From: an uncultured delta proteobacterium
Lineage (GTDB): Bacteria; Myxococcota_A; UBA9160; SZUA-336
Assembly (NCBI GenBank): GCA_963704165.1
Contig: CAVPHD010000002.1
Span: 1-64,000, forward strand
Reading direction: 5' to 3'
DNA: 64,000 bases
Made by a program: the position numbers and the translations under genes. The notes under the pieces are model-generated. The model made no database searches. It had not been told where the DNA came from and was given only the letters and a program-made list of their open reading frames with translations. Shown in pieces: positions 34,249 through 45,231 of the stretch; position 1 is the first letter of the stretch; each line of letters starts with the position of its first letter.

Positions 34249-35532
34249 TCAGTGCCCGGTCTCGCGGCGAAGCTCGTCGCGGTAGGCCGGCATGTCGATC
34301 ACGCAGCCCTCGGTCCGTGCACGCTCCGCCGCGAAGCCGAGCAGGTGACTCTCGAGCGCAACCCGGCCGCTCGCGCGCACGAGTTCGGGCGCATCGCGCA
34401 CGACGACCTCGCAGAAGTGGTCGAGCAGACCTTGATCGCCGCCCGAGTGCCCGAAGGCGGAGTCCTCGATGCGGATCTCCTCTCGCTCGAGCGAGCCGTG
34501 TCGCGAGACCTCGATCGCACCGGTCTGGAGCACGCCGCGCAGCTCACCGAGGCTGCCCGAGACGCGCACGGTTCGCCGCTCCTCCGACGCATTTCCGTGC
34601 ACGCCGAGCGTCGCCGTGAGGCCGTTCTCGAACTCGACGGCGACGACCTGGTGATCGACGACGTCGTTGTCGCAGCGGAAGACGCAGCGACCGTAGTCGC
34701 TCACCGCCAGAGCCGCCTCGCGCGCGGAGCGCGCGGGATCCGGGGACAGGTCGGTCCAGGGCCAGTGGCGCGCGAGTCGTTCGTCGGGCCCCAGATAGAA
34801 ACGTGCGGCGTCCCAGGGACAGGTGGCCTGGACGGGGCACGAAGCGCTGCAGCGCTCGGGTGCGTCCGGAGGCGCGAGCTCGCGTCGGTAGGTTCCGAGC
34901 GAGCCGAACGACGCGAGCCGGGTCGCGGGGGTCCCGGCGAGCCAGGCGAGCAGATCCAGATCGTGACAGCTCTTCGCGAGCAGAAACGGCGCGGCGAGTG
35001 CCCGGTTGCGGAACTTCCCGCGCACGTAGGAGTGCGCCATGTGCCAGTGGGCGACGTGCTCGCGCAGATCGATCATCGCGATCCGGCCGAGACGTCCGCT
35101 CGACACGATCTCGTGTACCTTCGCGTAGAACGCCGTGTAGCGGAGCACGTGGCCGATCTGCAGAATCCGCCCCGCGCGCTCGGCCGCCACCGTCACGCGC
35201 AGGCAGTCGGCGGCGTTCGGCGCGATCGGTTTCTCGAGGAGAAGGTGGTAGCCCGAAGCCAGGGTCGCGAGCGCGGGCTCGACGTGCTCGGTGTCGCCCG
35301 TCGCGATGATGGCGGCGTGAGCGTCCGGACGCGTCGGCAAGAGCTCGCGCCAGTCTGCGAACACGCGCTCGGGTGTGAGTGCGTGCTCCGTCGCCGTCGC
35401 GCGTCGTCGATCCTCGTGCGGCTCGGCGAGCGCGACGATCCGCATTCGCTCGGGGTGGCGGCGCGCGTAGGCACCGAAGACCGCGCGGCCGCGATTTCCC
35501 GCTCCGATCAGGATGACATCGATCCGGCTCAC
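34249..35532 (-). CDS. Gfo/Idh/MocA-family oxidoreductase
   Basis: IGAGNRG, LLEKPIA, GHVLRY, HSYVRG, KSCHDLD, HSGGD; GTG start at 35532. Confidence 0.9.
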   Translation of the reverse strand: MSRIDVILIGAGNRGRAVFGAYARRHPERMRIVALAEPHEDRRRATATEHALTPERVFADWRELLPTRPDAHAAIIATGDTEHVEPALATLASGYHLLLEKPIAPNAADCLRVTVAAERAGRILQIGHVLRYTAFYAKVHEIVSSGRLGRIAMIDLREHVAHWHMAHSYVRGKFRNRALAAPFLLAKSCHDLDLLAWLAGTPATRLASFGSLGTYRRELAPPDAPERCSASCPVQATCPWDAARFYLGPDERLARHWPWTDLSPDPARSAREAALAVSDYGRCVFRCDNDVVDHQVVAVEFENGLTATLGVHGNASEERRTVRVSGSLGELRGVLQTGAIEVSRHGSLEREEIRIEDSAFGHSGGDQGLLDHFCEVVVRDAPELVRASGRVALESHLLGFAAERARTEGCVIDMPAYRDELRRETGH

Positions 35533-36152
35533 GTGCGGACCGTCGAGGCGAGCACGAGCTGCGCGACGAAGTAGAGCGGCAATCCCCAGGCGCGATTTGC
35601 AAAGCCGCTCGAGACGAAGCGGTCGCGCGCCACGGCGAGATCCGAGACGTAGAACATGGCGGCACCAACCAGGATCCACGCGGAGGAGGGCGAGGCGCCC
35701 GCGGCCGCGACCAGCATGGCCGAGATCACGAGCAGATAGGCGCGGACCGAGATCGTCATGTCGGCCGGAACGTGGGGCCGGAGCCAGGGCACGACGATCG
35801 CGAGCGCGGCCGTCGCGACGCCAGCGCAGATCGCGGCCCGGCCCGTGGACTCGAAGCGCAGGGCGAACGCGATGAGATAGGCGACGTGTCCGAGTCCGAA
35901 CGCGGCGACGCCCGCTTGGAACACCCGCGGCCGGCCGCGCGGAATCAGCAGCACGTCCCCGCAGAGCGAGAGAACCAGACCCGCGAGCACCACCCGCCCG
36001 TAGCTCGAGTCGAGCGCGCCGAAGGAAACCGCGGCGGTGACGAAGCAGACGGCGGCCGCTGGCTTGGCGAGCCAGACTCCGAGACGCGAAGCGCGGTACT
36101 CTGCGACGAGCAGAGCCGTGACGAGGGCGGCCATCGCGAAACCGAAGAACAC
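35529..36152 (-). CDS. YhhN / lysoplasmalogenase-family membrane protein
   Basis: [41 protein letters not shown]. Confidence 0.88.
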   Translation of the reverse strand: MFFGFAMAALVTALLVAEYRASRLGVWLAKPAAAVCFVTAAVSFGALDSSYGRVVLAGLVLSLCGDVLLIPRGRPRVFQAGVAAFGLGHVAYLIAFALRFESTGRAAICAGVATAALAIVVPWLRPHVPADMTISVRAYLLVISAMLVAAAGASPSSAWILVGAAMFYVSDLAVARDRFVSSGFANRAWGLPLYFVAQLVLASTVRT

Positions 36153-36178
36153 CGCCGCACTCTAGCGCAGGAGCCCGC

Positions 36179-36847
36179 GTGATCGATCTGTACACCGCAG
36201 CGACGCCGAACGGCTGGAAGGTGTCGATCGCGCTCGAGGAGCTCGGCCTCCCGTACCAGGTGCATCCGATCCGGCTCGAGAAGCTCGAGCAGAAGGAGCC
36301 GTGGTTCCTGGCGCTGAATCCCAACGGCCGAATTCCAGCGATCGTCGATCGCGCGAACTCCGACTTCGCCGTCTTCGAGTCCGGCGCGATCCTGATGTAT
36401 CTGGCCGAGAAGGCCGGACGGCTTCTTCCCGACGAGCCGAAGGCCCGCTCGGTCGCGGTCCAGTGGCTGATGTTTCAGATGGGTGGCCTCGGGCCGATGC
36501 AGGGCCAGGCCAATGTCTTCTTTCGATACGCACCCGAGAAGATCCAGTACGCGATCGATCGCTATCAGAACGAGACCAGGCGGCTGTACACGGTACTCGA
36601 CGCGCGTCTGCGCGAGAACGAGTACCTCGCCGGTGAGTACTCCATCGCCGACATCGCCACCTGGCCGTGGGTCTCGATTCACGCCTGGGCGGGGATCGAG
36701 ATCTCCGACCTGCCGAGTCTCACGCGCTGGCTCGAAGTCGTCGGGAAACGCCCCGCCGTGCAGAAGGGGCGGGCCGTCCCGACCCCTCTGGATCCGGACG
36801 CCCGTGCCGAGGACGTGAAGAAGGCCGGCGCGAAGATGCTCGTCTGA
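36179..36847 (+). CDS. Glutathione S-transferase (YfcG/YghU, Nu-class-like)
   Basis: [40 protein letters not shown]. Confidence 0.92.
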   Translation: MIDLYTAATPNGWKVSIALEELGLPYQVHPIRLEKLEQKEPWFLALNPNGRIPAIVDRANSDFAVFESGAILMYLAEKAGRLLPDEPKARSVAVQWLMFQMGGLGPMQGQANVFFRYAPEKIQYAIDRYQNETRRLYTVLDARLRENEYLAGEYSIADIATWPWVSIHAWAGIEISDLPSLTRWLEVVGKRPAVQKGRAVPTPLDPDARAEDVKKAGAKMLV

Positions 36848-36993
36848 GCCCGACGCCGCGCGTCGCGTGAACCTGCACCCGGCCTGCGCGGATCCTGCGC
36901 ATCGCTTGCCCCTTGGGCGGCCGCCGCTCAATTTGACGCCGCATCGCGTCGAGAAGGAGGTCAGCGCTCCCCTACGCGCACGGAGACTCCCTC

Positions 36994-37896
36994 ATGCCGC
37001 GACGCCTGCTCGCGCTCCTCGCGAGCATCGCGCTGCTTCCCGCGTGCGCGAACCACGTGCGCTACACGAGCGACGCCTTCCGGACGTCGGCGCGCGATGT
37101 CGTGAACTCCGAACTCGTCGTCGATGCGAACGGTCCGGTGCTCGCGACCCCCGAGGTCGAGCTCCTGCTTCTCGCGGACGAGACCGCGATCGTTCGCAAG
37201 CTCCGCACGCGCATCCGCCTCGAGGAGTACACGCCGTACAAGTCGGGCTACGAGTTCTGGGAGGTACCGGCGGGAACCGTCTGCCTGCCGGTCCTGCTCG
37301 TGCTGCGCGTCGTCGATCTGGTCGGCTTCGGCTTCCTGCCCGATGCCAGTCTCGATGGCTTCGCGAGCTTCACCTTCACCGCGATGAATCCGCTGCTCAA
37401 CCTGGAGTCCGAATCGCGCGTGCGTCGAAACGAGGTCTCGCGCGAGACGGAGGAGCTCGACCGCGAGGTGCATCGCGAGCTTCGTCCGGTCGTCGGAGGG
37501 CGGGCCGCGCTCTCGCTCGACGCGACCGCGTCGCAGATCCGGACGAGCGATGCGCGTGGACGCGTGCGCTTTGGTCTGCTCGAGCTCGTGCCCGACCAGC
37601 TGCCCGGCCGCCCCCGCGTCTTGCGCGTCTCGGTCGACGGGGACGGCGAGCGCAAACGCGAGACGATCGAGCTTCCGCTGTCCCACTCGCTCTCGTCCCG
37701 ACTCGTGCAGGCCCTGGAGATCCGCCGCCGAGCCAGGACTCCGGGCGCGACGCCGGAGTCGATCGGGCGGACACTCGCCGAGCTCGATGGCCTCGGCTTT
37801 TCGGCCAGTGCACTGGCGCTCGAGACGGAGCTTCGCACGCGGGAGCGCGCGAACTCGGCCTGGCTGCTGCGCCTGGATGCGGCGCTGCAACACTGA
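36994..37896 (+). CDS. Hypothetical lipoprotein
   Basis: MPRRLLALLASIALLPAC lipobox; GGAG SD; 300-aa open frame. Confidence 0.7.
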   Translation: MPRRLLALLASIALLPACANHVRYTSDAFRTSARDVVNSELVVDANGPVLATPEVELLLLADETAIVRKLRTRIRLEEYTPYKSGYEFWEVPAGTVCLPVLLVLRVVDLVGFGFLPDASLDGFASFTFTAMNPLLNLESESRVRRNEVSRETEELDREVHRELRPVVGGRAALSLDATASQIRTSDARGRVRFGLLELVPDQLPGRPRVLRVSVDGDGERKRETIELPLSHSLSSRLVQALEIRRRARTPGATPESIGRTLAELDGLGFSASALALETELRTRERANSAWLLRLDAALQH

Positions 37897-37976
37897 GGTG
37901 GCTCGGCCGTCCAGCGTGTATGATTCCCGGGTGATCGACGCGATCCGCACCCGCTTCGCGTTCGCGATCTAGCGCG

Positions 37977-38273
37977 ATGCCGAGCTTCTCGAGCTGCCGT
38001 GTCGTCGTCACCTGCGACGACGGCCGACCGGAACACGAAGACCTGACCGCCTCGGTGCGGATCGACGACGAGTTCCTCGTCGTGAACTACTGGGACGAGG
38101 ACGGACCGGTCGTCTACGTTGCGGAGCGACCGCGCGGGAACGTGTTCGAGCTCTCGTGCCGCAGCCGGCCGCGAAGCGCACGGCTCGAGATGTCCGATGC
38201 GGGCGATCGGTTGTCCGGATGGTGGCGAGAAGGCGACCTCGGCGGCACGCTCGTGGTAGAGATACGGCCATGA
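37977..38273 (+). CDS. Small hypothetical protein (beta-rich)
   Basis: 98-aa ORF with host codon usage; ATGA overlap with the next gene. Confidence 0.6.
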   Translation: MPSFSSCRVVVTCDDGRPEHEDLTASVRIDDEFLVVNYWDEDGPVVYVAERPRGNVFELSCRSRPRSARLEMSDAGDRLSGWWREGDLGGTLVVEIRP

Positions 38274-38971
38274 CTCCCGCGATTTTCGGCTGGCTCTGCT
38301 TCGCGCTCGCGGTGGCGGGCGCGGTGTTTCTGTTTCAGCGCATGCGTGCCAGCGAAGCGTCGCGTGAGGATCTTCGGGGCGAGCTCGAAACTTCGGGAAC
38401 CGAGCTCGATGCGGTTCGGAAGCGCCTCGAACAGGCGCGTGGCGAATTCCGGGCGCGCGGCGAAGAGATCGCCGAGCTGCGGAAGAAGCACGAGAAGCTG
38501 AAGAAGCGCGCCGGGGAATCGCTCGAGGAGGAGAGGGCGCTGCCCGCGCGGGTCCGCGCGCTCGAAGCGGAGCTCCTCGCCGAACGAAACGACGCCCGCG
38601 CGGCGCGCGACGAGATCGTCCGCCTCCATGCGGACGTAGAGCGGGCGAGTGCCGACCTGGCTCGCGAGCGTGCGCGTGCCGCCGAGCTCGTGCCCCCGAC
38701 GAAGAGCGACGAGCTCGACGGGCTGAAGGCTCGCGCGGCGGAGCAAGAGGCGAAGCTCACGCAGCAGCGGGCGGAGCTCGAGAACGCGCGACGCGACGTC
38801 TCGAAATTCAAAGGCCGCTGGGAGACGCTCGACAAGGCCTACGTCATCCTGCGCGGCGAGCTCGAGCTGAAGAAGGACGAAGTGCGCGCCCAGCGTGTGG
38901 AGCTCGAGCGACTTCGCACTCTCGAAGTCATCCTGACCGCGCCCGACGCGGAGGCGAAGCCGACCCGCTAG
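38270..38971 (+). CDS. Membrane-anchored coiled-coil protein
   Basis: N-terminal TM IFGWLCFALAVAGAVFLF followed by long E/R/A-rich heptads. Confidence 0.75.
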   Translation: MTPAIFGWLCFALAVAGAVFLFQRMRASEASREDLRGELETSGTELDAVRKRLEQARGEFRARGEEIAELRKKHEKLKKRAGESLEEERALPARVRALEAELLAERNDARAARDEIVRLHADVERASADLARERARAAELVPPTKSDELDGLKARAAEQEAKLTQQRAELENARRDVSKFKGRWETLDKAYVILRGELELKKDEVRAQRVELERLRTLEVILTAPDAEAKPTR

Positions 38972-40269
38972 CTCTTCTGCTCGATCCGTCGCTGCAAGCG
39001 CCGGAAGCCGATCGCGGAGAGCGCCGACATCACGGCCGCCATTCCCATGAGCAGGTGTCCGAATCCGGACCAGGCCGGGAGCGTGAGCTCCGTCCCCGGG
39101 ATCGAACGTGCCGACCAGCCGAGATACAGCGCCATTCCCATGAACGGCGCGAAGGCACCGCGAATTCCGGTCAGCGTGACGTGCACGCCCATGTACGAGC
39201 CCGCGCGCGCGCTTGGCGCGAAGTCGTTGTGGCCGATGTTCCAGGCGAGTCCGCCACCACTGCGCGCCGCTCCCATCACGACGCGCGCGAGCGCAATCGT
39301 TCCGAGCGACGGCAGCGCCGCGCCCACCCAGAGCAGGATCTGCGAGATCGCAAACGTCCACGAGTGCATGGCGCGGAACGCGGAGACGTGCACCCGGTCG
39401 AGATAGGCCGCCCAGAAGGGAATCGTCAGTACCGAGAGCGAGAACGGAATCACCATCGTGATGCCGATCGCGGTGGAGTAGCTGGCGCCCATCTCGCGAG
39501 ACACCAGATAGAGCAGCGGCGCCTCGATCATCATGTTCGAAATGCCGAGCACCATCTGCCAGGCGAGGAAGCGCAGATAGAGGCGATCGTCGCGCAGGAT
39601 CGAGAAGCCGCTCGGGATTCCGGCGGGGCTACTCGCGCTGAGTCGCTCCTGTGTCAGGTGCTCGTCTTCGCCCGTGAGCGGAACACGCGAGAAGGCAAAC
39701 GCGCCGGCGGCCGCCGCGAGCGATCCGGCCGCGTAGACGTAGCGGAAGTTCTCGGGACTCTGGTCCAGGACTTGGGATCCGAGCCAGGCCGTGCCGGCCG
39801 TGCAGAGCGTCGAGATCACGTGAAGCCGGGCGGTCACGCGCCCACGACCGACGCGCGGGTAATTCAACGTCCAGACGATGCTGCGCATCGTCACGATCCC
39901 GCCGAGCATCAGCCGCGCCGCGATGAGCGCGCTGACGAGCACTCCCGCTCCAACCTCTCCTTCGGGCACCAGCGCGACGAGCGCGACGCAGCCGGCGAAC
40001 GAAGCCATGAGCGCGGTCGTGAACGGAACCCTCCGCCGGCCGTGCGCCAGACGAGCCCAGAACGAACTCGAGAGATTCCCGAACATCGGTGCCGCGGTCA
40101 CGAGCGCGAGCACCGCGGGGTGAACGTGAAAGAGCTTGTCCGCGATCACGCCGATGAAGCCGCCCTCCATCAGGGCCGGGCCGACGGTGAAGCACGCGTC
40201 GGTCAAGCGCTCGCGGCGATAGCCGGAGAGCGCCAGCGCTCCCAGTTCCGGTCGCCGCAGTACGTTCAA
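38968..40269 (-). CDS. MFS transporter
   Basis: About 12 hydrophobic segments; NYPRVGRGRV, HNDFAP..AGSYMGVHVTLTGIRG. Confidence 0.8.
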   Translation of the reverse strand: MNVLRRPELGALALSGYRRERLTDACFTVGPALMEGGFIGVIADKLFHVHPAVLALVTAAPMFGNLSSSFWARLAHGRRRVPFTTALMASFAGCVALVALVPEGEVGAGVLVSALIAARLMLGGIVTMRSIVWTLNYPRVGRGRVTARLHVISTLCTAGTAWLGSQVLDQSPENFRYVYAAGSLAAAAGAFAFSRVPLTGEDEHLTQERLSASSPAGIPSGFSILRDDRLYLRFLAWQMVLGISNMMIEAPLLYLVSREMGASYSTAIGITMVIPFSLSVLTIPFWAAYLDRVHVSAFRAMHSWTFAISQILLWVGAALPSLGTIALARVVMGAARSGGGLAWNIGHNDFAPSARAGSYMGVHVTLTGIRGAFAPFMGMALYLGWSARSIPGTELTLPAWSGFGHLLMGMAAVMSALSAIGFRRLQRRIEQKS

Positions 40270-40272
40270 GGC

Positions 40273-43200
40273 TCAGGGCGCTTGCACGATCGGGGCAGAC
40301 GCCGGCTTCTCGCGGCGTAGCTTTCCGCGCACCCACTCCAGCGCGTCGTCGAGCGTGACGTAGAAGACGGGCACGACGAGCAGCGTGAGCAGCATCGAGG
40401 AGAACATCCCGGCTCCGGTCGCGACTGCCATCGGGCCGCGGGTTTCCGAGCCCGGACCGAATCCGATCGCCGCCGGAAGCACGCCGAAGATCATCGAGAT
40501 GGCCGTCATCAGTACCGGGCGCATGCGCACGGGAGCGGCGGCTCGCATCGCTTCGAGCTTGTCCATTCCCTCGCTGCGCAGCTCGTTCGCGTAGTCGACG
40601 AGCAGGATCGAGTTCTTGGTGACCAGACCCATCAAGAGGATGATCCCGATCACGCTGAAGAGATTGATCGTCATGCCCATCACCCACAAGCCGCCGAGCG
40701 CGCCGACCATTGCGAGCGGGAGCGCGAGCATCACGGTGAGCGGGTGAACGAGGCTCTCGAACTGCGCCGCGAGCACCATGTAGATGATCAGGATCGCGAG
40801 TCCGATCGCGAGTCCGAACTCCTGCAGGCTCTCGAGAAACGCCTCGGCACTGCCCCCGAATCGAAGGGTCGCGCCCTCGGGGAGAAGCTCGGTGCCGATC
40901 TGATTCACGATCGAGATGGCCGTGCCTGCGGGCAGCCCTTCGAGATTCGCCGACACGACCACGCTTCGCTGGCGCTGATCGCGGCTGATCGTCGACGGCG
41001 CGGCACCGGTCTCGACGCGGGCGATGTTGCGGAGCTCGACGACGCCGCCGTCCTTGGTCCGCACGAAGAGCTCGCCGATCGCTTCGGGATCGGAGCGGAA
41101 GGCCTCTTCGAGTCGCACGCGCACGTCGTACCGGTGCCCTCCCGACTTGAACTTCGCGATGTCGAGACCGCCGATTCCCGCCTGCACGATCTGCGAGAGC
41201 GTGCGTGCATCGACGCCGAGCGCTGCGCACTTCTCGCGGTCGGGAATGACGCGGACCTCGGGCAGGCCGACCTTCAGGGATTTCGAGACGTCGACGAAGC
41301 CCGGGTATTCGCGGAGCCTCGCCATGAACTGGCTGGAGAGCTTGTCGAGTTCCCCGATCTCGAGATTTCCGCGGATCGCGAACTCGAGCTCCCCGCGGCC
41401 GCCGCCGGTCATCATCGACGACATGTCGAAGACGCGTATGTCCACGCCGGGAATCGTGCTCAGCGACTCGCGCGCTTCCCGCATCAGCTGCATCGCGTCC
41501 CTCTTGCGCTCGCTCCTCGGGTGCAGGATCGCGACCATCACGCCATTGGTGACGTTCCCCGGTCCGTCCGGGCCCGACACGCCTACGCCCGCGAAGAGCC
41601 CGCGGATCTCGGGCTGCGCGAGCATCCACTGCTCGGCTTGCTTGACGCGCTCGAGCGTGCCCTCGAGCGACGTGCCTGGGGGTGTCTCCATCATCACGAA
41701 GAGCCGGCCCTCGTCGGAAGGCGGGAAGAATTCGGCGCCGAGACGCGAGCCGAGTGCGAGCGCGGCGATGAAGGAGGCGAGCGCGATGCCCAGGACCGCC
41801 GCGCGATGGACGAGCGCCCAGTTCAAGACGCGCTTGTAGGTCGTCTCGAGCCAGGTGAATGCGATCTCGAGGCGGTGGTAGAAGCCGCCGTGCGAGTGGA
41901 CGGCGGGTGGGGGCATCCGCGCCGCGAGCATCGGAATCAGCGTCAACGCGACGAAGAGCGAGAAGATGACCGACGCTGCGACGGTGAGCCCGAACTCCTT
42001 CAGGAACAAGCCGACGATTCCGCGCACGAAGGCGACGGGAAGGAACACGACCGCGATCGAAAGCGTCGCGGCGGTCGCGGCGAACGCGATCTGGCTGACG
42101 CCCTTCGAAGCGGCCTCGTAGGGGGATTCCCCGAGTTCGCGTCGTCTCTCGATGTTCTCGAGCACGATGATCGCGTCGTCGATCACGACGCCGACGGCCA
42201 GGGCGAGCGCGAGCAACGTCATCGTGTTGATCGTGAATCCGAGGATCCACATCGCGCCGAAGGCCGTGATCAGCGAGAGAGGGATCGACGTGCCGATCAC
42301 GAGCGTCGGCCGGACCCGGCGGAGGAAGACGAGAACCGTGAGCGTCGCGAGGAACGCACCGAAGACGAGCGCAAACTGCGTCTCGGCGACCGATTCGCGG
42401 ATCGCCACCGAGAAGTCGATCACCGAGTCGCGGTCCGGGAACGTCATGCCTTCGGGCAGGTAGGGACGGAGCTCGTCGACGCGATCGTGGGTGGCCGTCG
42501 CGATCTGCACCGTGTTCGCGCGAGACTGCTTCAGGATGCCGATTCCGGCGCCGGTGCCGCCGTTGAAGCGGGCGAGGAATCTCGGATCCTCGGCGCCGTC
42601 TTCGACCCGGGCCACGTCGCGGAGCCGGATGGTCGTTCCCGCGACGTTGGCGACCACGAGGCCCGCGAGCTCTTCCACCGTCTGGAACTCGGCTTCGGTC
42701 TTGAGAGAATACTCGAGCGTGTGGCCTTCGACGCGGCCACCGGGAACCTCGATGTGTTCCCGCTGCACGGCCTGGATGACGTCCATCATCGACAGACCGC
42801 GGGCGCGAAGCGCCTCGCCGTCGATCCAGATCCGGATCGCGCGTTCGCGCTTGCCGAAGAGCTCGGTCGAGGCGACGCCGTTGATCGTCTCGAGGTAGGG
42901 CTTCACCGTGAACTTCAGGTAGTCGGTGACCTCGACCTGCGAGCGATCGGAGTTGATCGGCAGCCAGACGATCGGCCGGCTCGACATGTTGAGCTTGTCG
43001 ACGATCGGCGGCTCGAGCTCGGCGGGAAGCTCGCGCCGCGCACGCGCGACCTTGTCGCGGACGTCCTGAGCGGCCTGGTCGATGTCGCGTTCGAGCTCGA
43101 ACTCGGCCGTGATCATCGTGACGCCGTGGAAGGTCGTCGACTTCAGAGATCTCAGGCCGCCGATCGTGTTCAGGTGCTCTTCGAGCACCTCCGTGACGTC

Positions 43201-43383
43201 TTCCTCCATGGTCTCGGGTCCGGCGCCCTCGAGCGAGGCGATCACGGTGACGACGGGGAATTCCATGTTCGGCATCTGGTCGACGCCGAGCTCGTAGTAT
43301 CCGAGCACGCCGAAGACGACCATCGACAGCGTCATCATCAGCGTCAGGACGGGACGGCGGATGGAGATGTCGGACAGGGTCAC
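40273..43383 (-). CDS. RND efflux permease (AcrB/MdtC-like)
   Basis: IRRPV, GVVIDDAIIVLENI, LAAQFES..HP, GLVTKNSILLVD, RMRPVLMT; 1036 aa. Confidence 0.96.
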   Translation of the reverse strand: MTLSDISIRRPVLTLMMTLSMVVFGVLGYYELGVDQMPNMEFPVVTVIASLEGAGPETMEEDVTEVLEEHLNTIGGLRSLKSTTFHGVTMITAEFELERDIDQAAQDVRDKVARARRELPAELEPPIVDKLNMSSRPIVWLPINSDRSQVEVTDYLKFTVKPYLETINGVASTELFGKRERAIRIWIDGEALRARGLSMMDVIQAVQREHIEVPGGRVEGHTLEYSLKTEAEFQTVEELAGLVVANVAGTTIRLRDVARVEDGAEDPRFLARFNGGTGAGIGILKQSRANTVQIATATHDRVDELRPYLPEGMTFPDRDSVIDFSVAIRESVAETQFALVFGAFLATLTVLVFLRRVRPTLVIGTSIPLSLITAFGAMWILGFTINTMTLLALALAVGVVIDDAIIVLENIERRRELGESPYEAASKGVSQIAFAATAATLSIAVVFLPVAFVRGIVGLFLKEFGLTVAASVIFSLFVALTLIPMLAARMPPPAVHSHGGFYHRLEIAFTWLETTYKRVLNWALVHRAAVLGIALASFIAALALGSRLGAEFFPPSDEGRLFVMMETPPGTSLEGTLERVKQAEQWMLAQPEIRGLFAGVGVSGPDGPGNVTNGVMVAILHPRSERKRDAMQLMREARESLSTIPGVDIRVFDMSSMMTGGGRGELEFAIRGNLEIGELDKLSSQFMARLREYPGFVDVSKSLKVGLPEVRVIPDREKCAALGVDARTLSQIVQAGIGGLDIAKFKSGGHRYDVRVRLEEAFRSDPEAIGELFVRTKDGGVVELRNIARVETGAAPSTISRDQRQRSVVVSANLEGLPAGTAISIVNQIGTELLPEGATLRFGGSAEAFLESLQEFGLAIGLAILIIYMVLAAQFESLVHPLTVMLALPLAMVGALGGLWVMGMTINLFSVIGIILLMGLVTKNSILLVDYANELRSEGMDKLEAMRAAAPVRMRPVLMTAISMIFGVLPAAIGFGPGSETRGPMAVATGAGMFSSMLLTLLVVPVFYVTLDDALEWVRGKLRREKPASAPIVQAP

Positions 43384-44522
43384 TGCGGGATCTCCTCCGG
43401 CGGAGCCGCCTCGGGCCGCGAGGATGCGACGGCAGGTGTGCCGTCGGGATTTCGAGCGGTGATGGCGGCGCCGTCGATCAAGGCGGAGTGCCCGCGGATC
43501 ACGACGGTGTCGCCCGCGGACAGCCCCGAGAGGACTTCGGCCTCGCCGGCCTTGATCCGACCGATCTGGAGCACGCGTCGCTCGACGCGGCTTCCCCCAT
43601 CGACGGTGCGAAACGCGATCGCGCCATCGGCGCGCTGCAGGACGGCCTCTTCGGGAATCAAGACGACGTTCTCGTGCCTCGCGATGCCGAGGTCGGCGCG
43701 CGCGAAGAGTCCCGGTCGCAGACGGTGGTCCGGGTTGGGCAGCACTCCCTTCACGCGCAGCGTGCGCGTCCGCTCATCGACGATCGGCGAGATCATCGAG
43801 ATCGTCGCGTGGAACTCCTCGTCGGGGTAGGGAGCGACCGTGACCGCGAGCGGCAGCCCGAGCGCGAGCCGGCTCGCGTCCGCTTCGGGAAGGGTGAACT
43901 CGACCTCGACCGGATCCAGCGCCACCAGCTCGAAGAGCTTCTGCCCGGGCTGCACGAACTCGCCGCGCGAGACGAAGCGGCGGCCGATCACGCCCGCGAA
44001 ACGTGTTCTCACGCGCGAGTCGGCCGTGGCGCGTTCCGCGGCGCCGAGATCCGCCTTCGCCGCGAGCAGGCGCGACCTCGAGGCCTCGAGATTCGTGCGC
44101 GCCTGATCCTGCTGCGCGCGCGAGGCGATGTCCTTCGCCGCGAGTTCCTGGATCCGCTTGTGCTGGCGTTCGGCCTCGGCAAGCGCCGACGAGGCCTCGG
44201 CCGCGCGCGCTCGTGCGCGGTCGAGATCGATCTTGCGCCGGTCCGGATCGATCTCCATCACGACCGTGTCGTCGGCGACCGTCATGCCCTCGTCGACGAG
44301 GATTCGCGTGATCTCCCCACCCACCTGCGCGGCGACGTCGGCGCGCTGCTTCGCGAGGAGTTGCCCGGTCGCCGCCACGTGCTCCTCCACGTCGCGCACC
44401 GAGACGGGCACGAGCACGACGGGATTCAGGGGCTTCTCCTCGACGGCCGTCTCGCGGCCGCACGCCGCTGCAAATCCCAGCAGCAGCAGACCCAGTCCGG
44501 CAGCCTGAACACACCGCATCAT
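43380..44522 (-). CDS. RND periplasmic adaptor (membrane fusion) lipoprotein
   Basis: Lipobox AAAC; VAAQVGGEI, VSRGEFVQPGQ, VDERTRTLRV, LRPGLFA, IPEEAV. Confidence 0.92.
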   Translation of the reverse strand: MMRCVQAAGLGLLLLGFAAACGRETAVEEKPLNPVVLVPVSVRDVEEHVAATGQLLAKQRADVAAQVGGEITRILVDEGMTVADDTVVMEIDPDRRKIDLDRARARAAEASSALAEAERQHKRIQELAAKDIASRAQQDQARTNLEASRSRLLAAKADLGAAERATADSRVRTRFAGVIGRRFVSRGEFVQPGQKLFELVALDPVEVEFTLPEADASRLALGLPLAVTVAPYPDEEFHATISMISPIVDERTRTLRVKGVLPNPDHRLRPGLFARADLGIARHENVVLIPEEAVLQRADGAIAFRTVDGGSRVERRVLQIGRIKAGEAEVLSGLSAGDTVVIRGHSALIDGAAITARNPDGTPAVASSRPEAAPPEEIPQ

Positions 44523-45125
44523 GATGTTCCGCACTCCTTGGCGAGCAGCCCGCGCTCGATCACGTCGAGCGCTTGTTCGACCAGATTCTTCGACCACGCG
44601 TATCCCGGGCGACTGATCCGCAGCGATACGATGCCGTGGAGGACCACCCAGGTGAGTTGGAAGGCCGTCTCGAGATCGCGCGTGCGCAGCGCTCCGGCTG
44701 CGGCGACCTCGGAGAGCGCGCCGAAGACCAGCTCGCGCGCGGCCTCGGCCGAGGGCAGGAGGTCGTCGGGCTCGAGTCGTGGCGCCACGAGCAGCGCGTA
44801 GTGGGTCGGGTTCTCGATTCCGAATTCGACGAAGGCACGCGCGAGCGCGCGCAAGTACTGCTTCGGGTTCTCGCGCCGGCGCACCCGCTTCAAGCGCGCG
44901 AGAAGCTCGGCAAAGCGCTCTTCGAGCAGCGCGTCGATCAGCCCGGTCTTGTCGCGGAAATGGTGGTAGATCGTCGGCGCCTTGAACCCGCATCGATCCG
45001 AGACGCGCCGGATCGAAAGCTGATCGGGGCCGCCTTCGATCAGGAGCGCCGTGGTCGCCTCGAGAATCGCGCGTCGGGAAGCCTCGCCGCGCTTGCGGTT
45101 CCTCGATTTCGGGGGGGTCGATCAT
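44519..45125 (-). CDS. TetR-family regulator; +1 frameshift in a G7 run at 45111-45117
   Basis: Removing one base gives MIDPPKSRNRKRGEASRRAILEATTALL...LSIRRVSDRCGFKAPTIYHHFRDKTGL, continuing into ORF 44519-44893 (WVVLHGI). Confidence 0.85.
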
Positions 45126-45137
45126 CGTCGCCAACCT

Positions 45138-45171
45138 CTGTAACGGTGTTACAGCTAACGGCGTTATAGCA
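45138..45171 (-). promoter_or_regulatory. Tandem palindromic operators overlapping an extended -10 for the TetR-RND operon
   Basis: CTGTAAC-GGT-GTTACAG (45138-45154) and TAAC-GGC-GTTA (45156-45166); the minus strand reads TGCTATAAC. Confidence 0.75.
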
Positions 45172-45231
45172 AATCCGAAGCGGCAAGTGCGAGCCCGGTC
45201 GGCGTTCGGGACCCGTGATAGGAAGGAGTCG

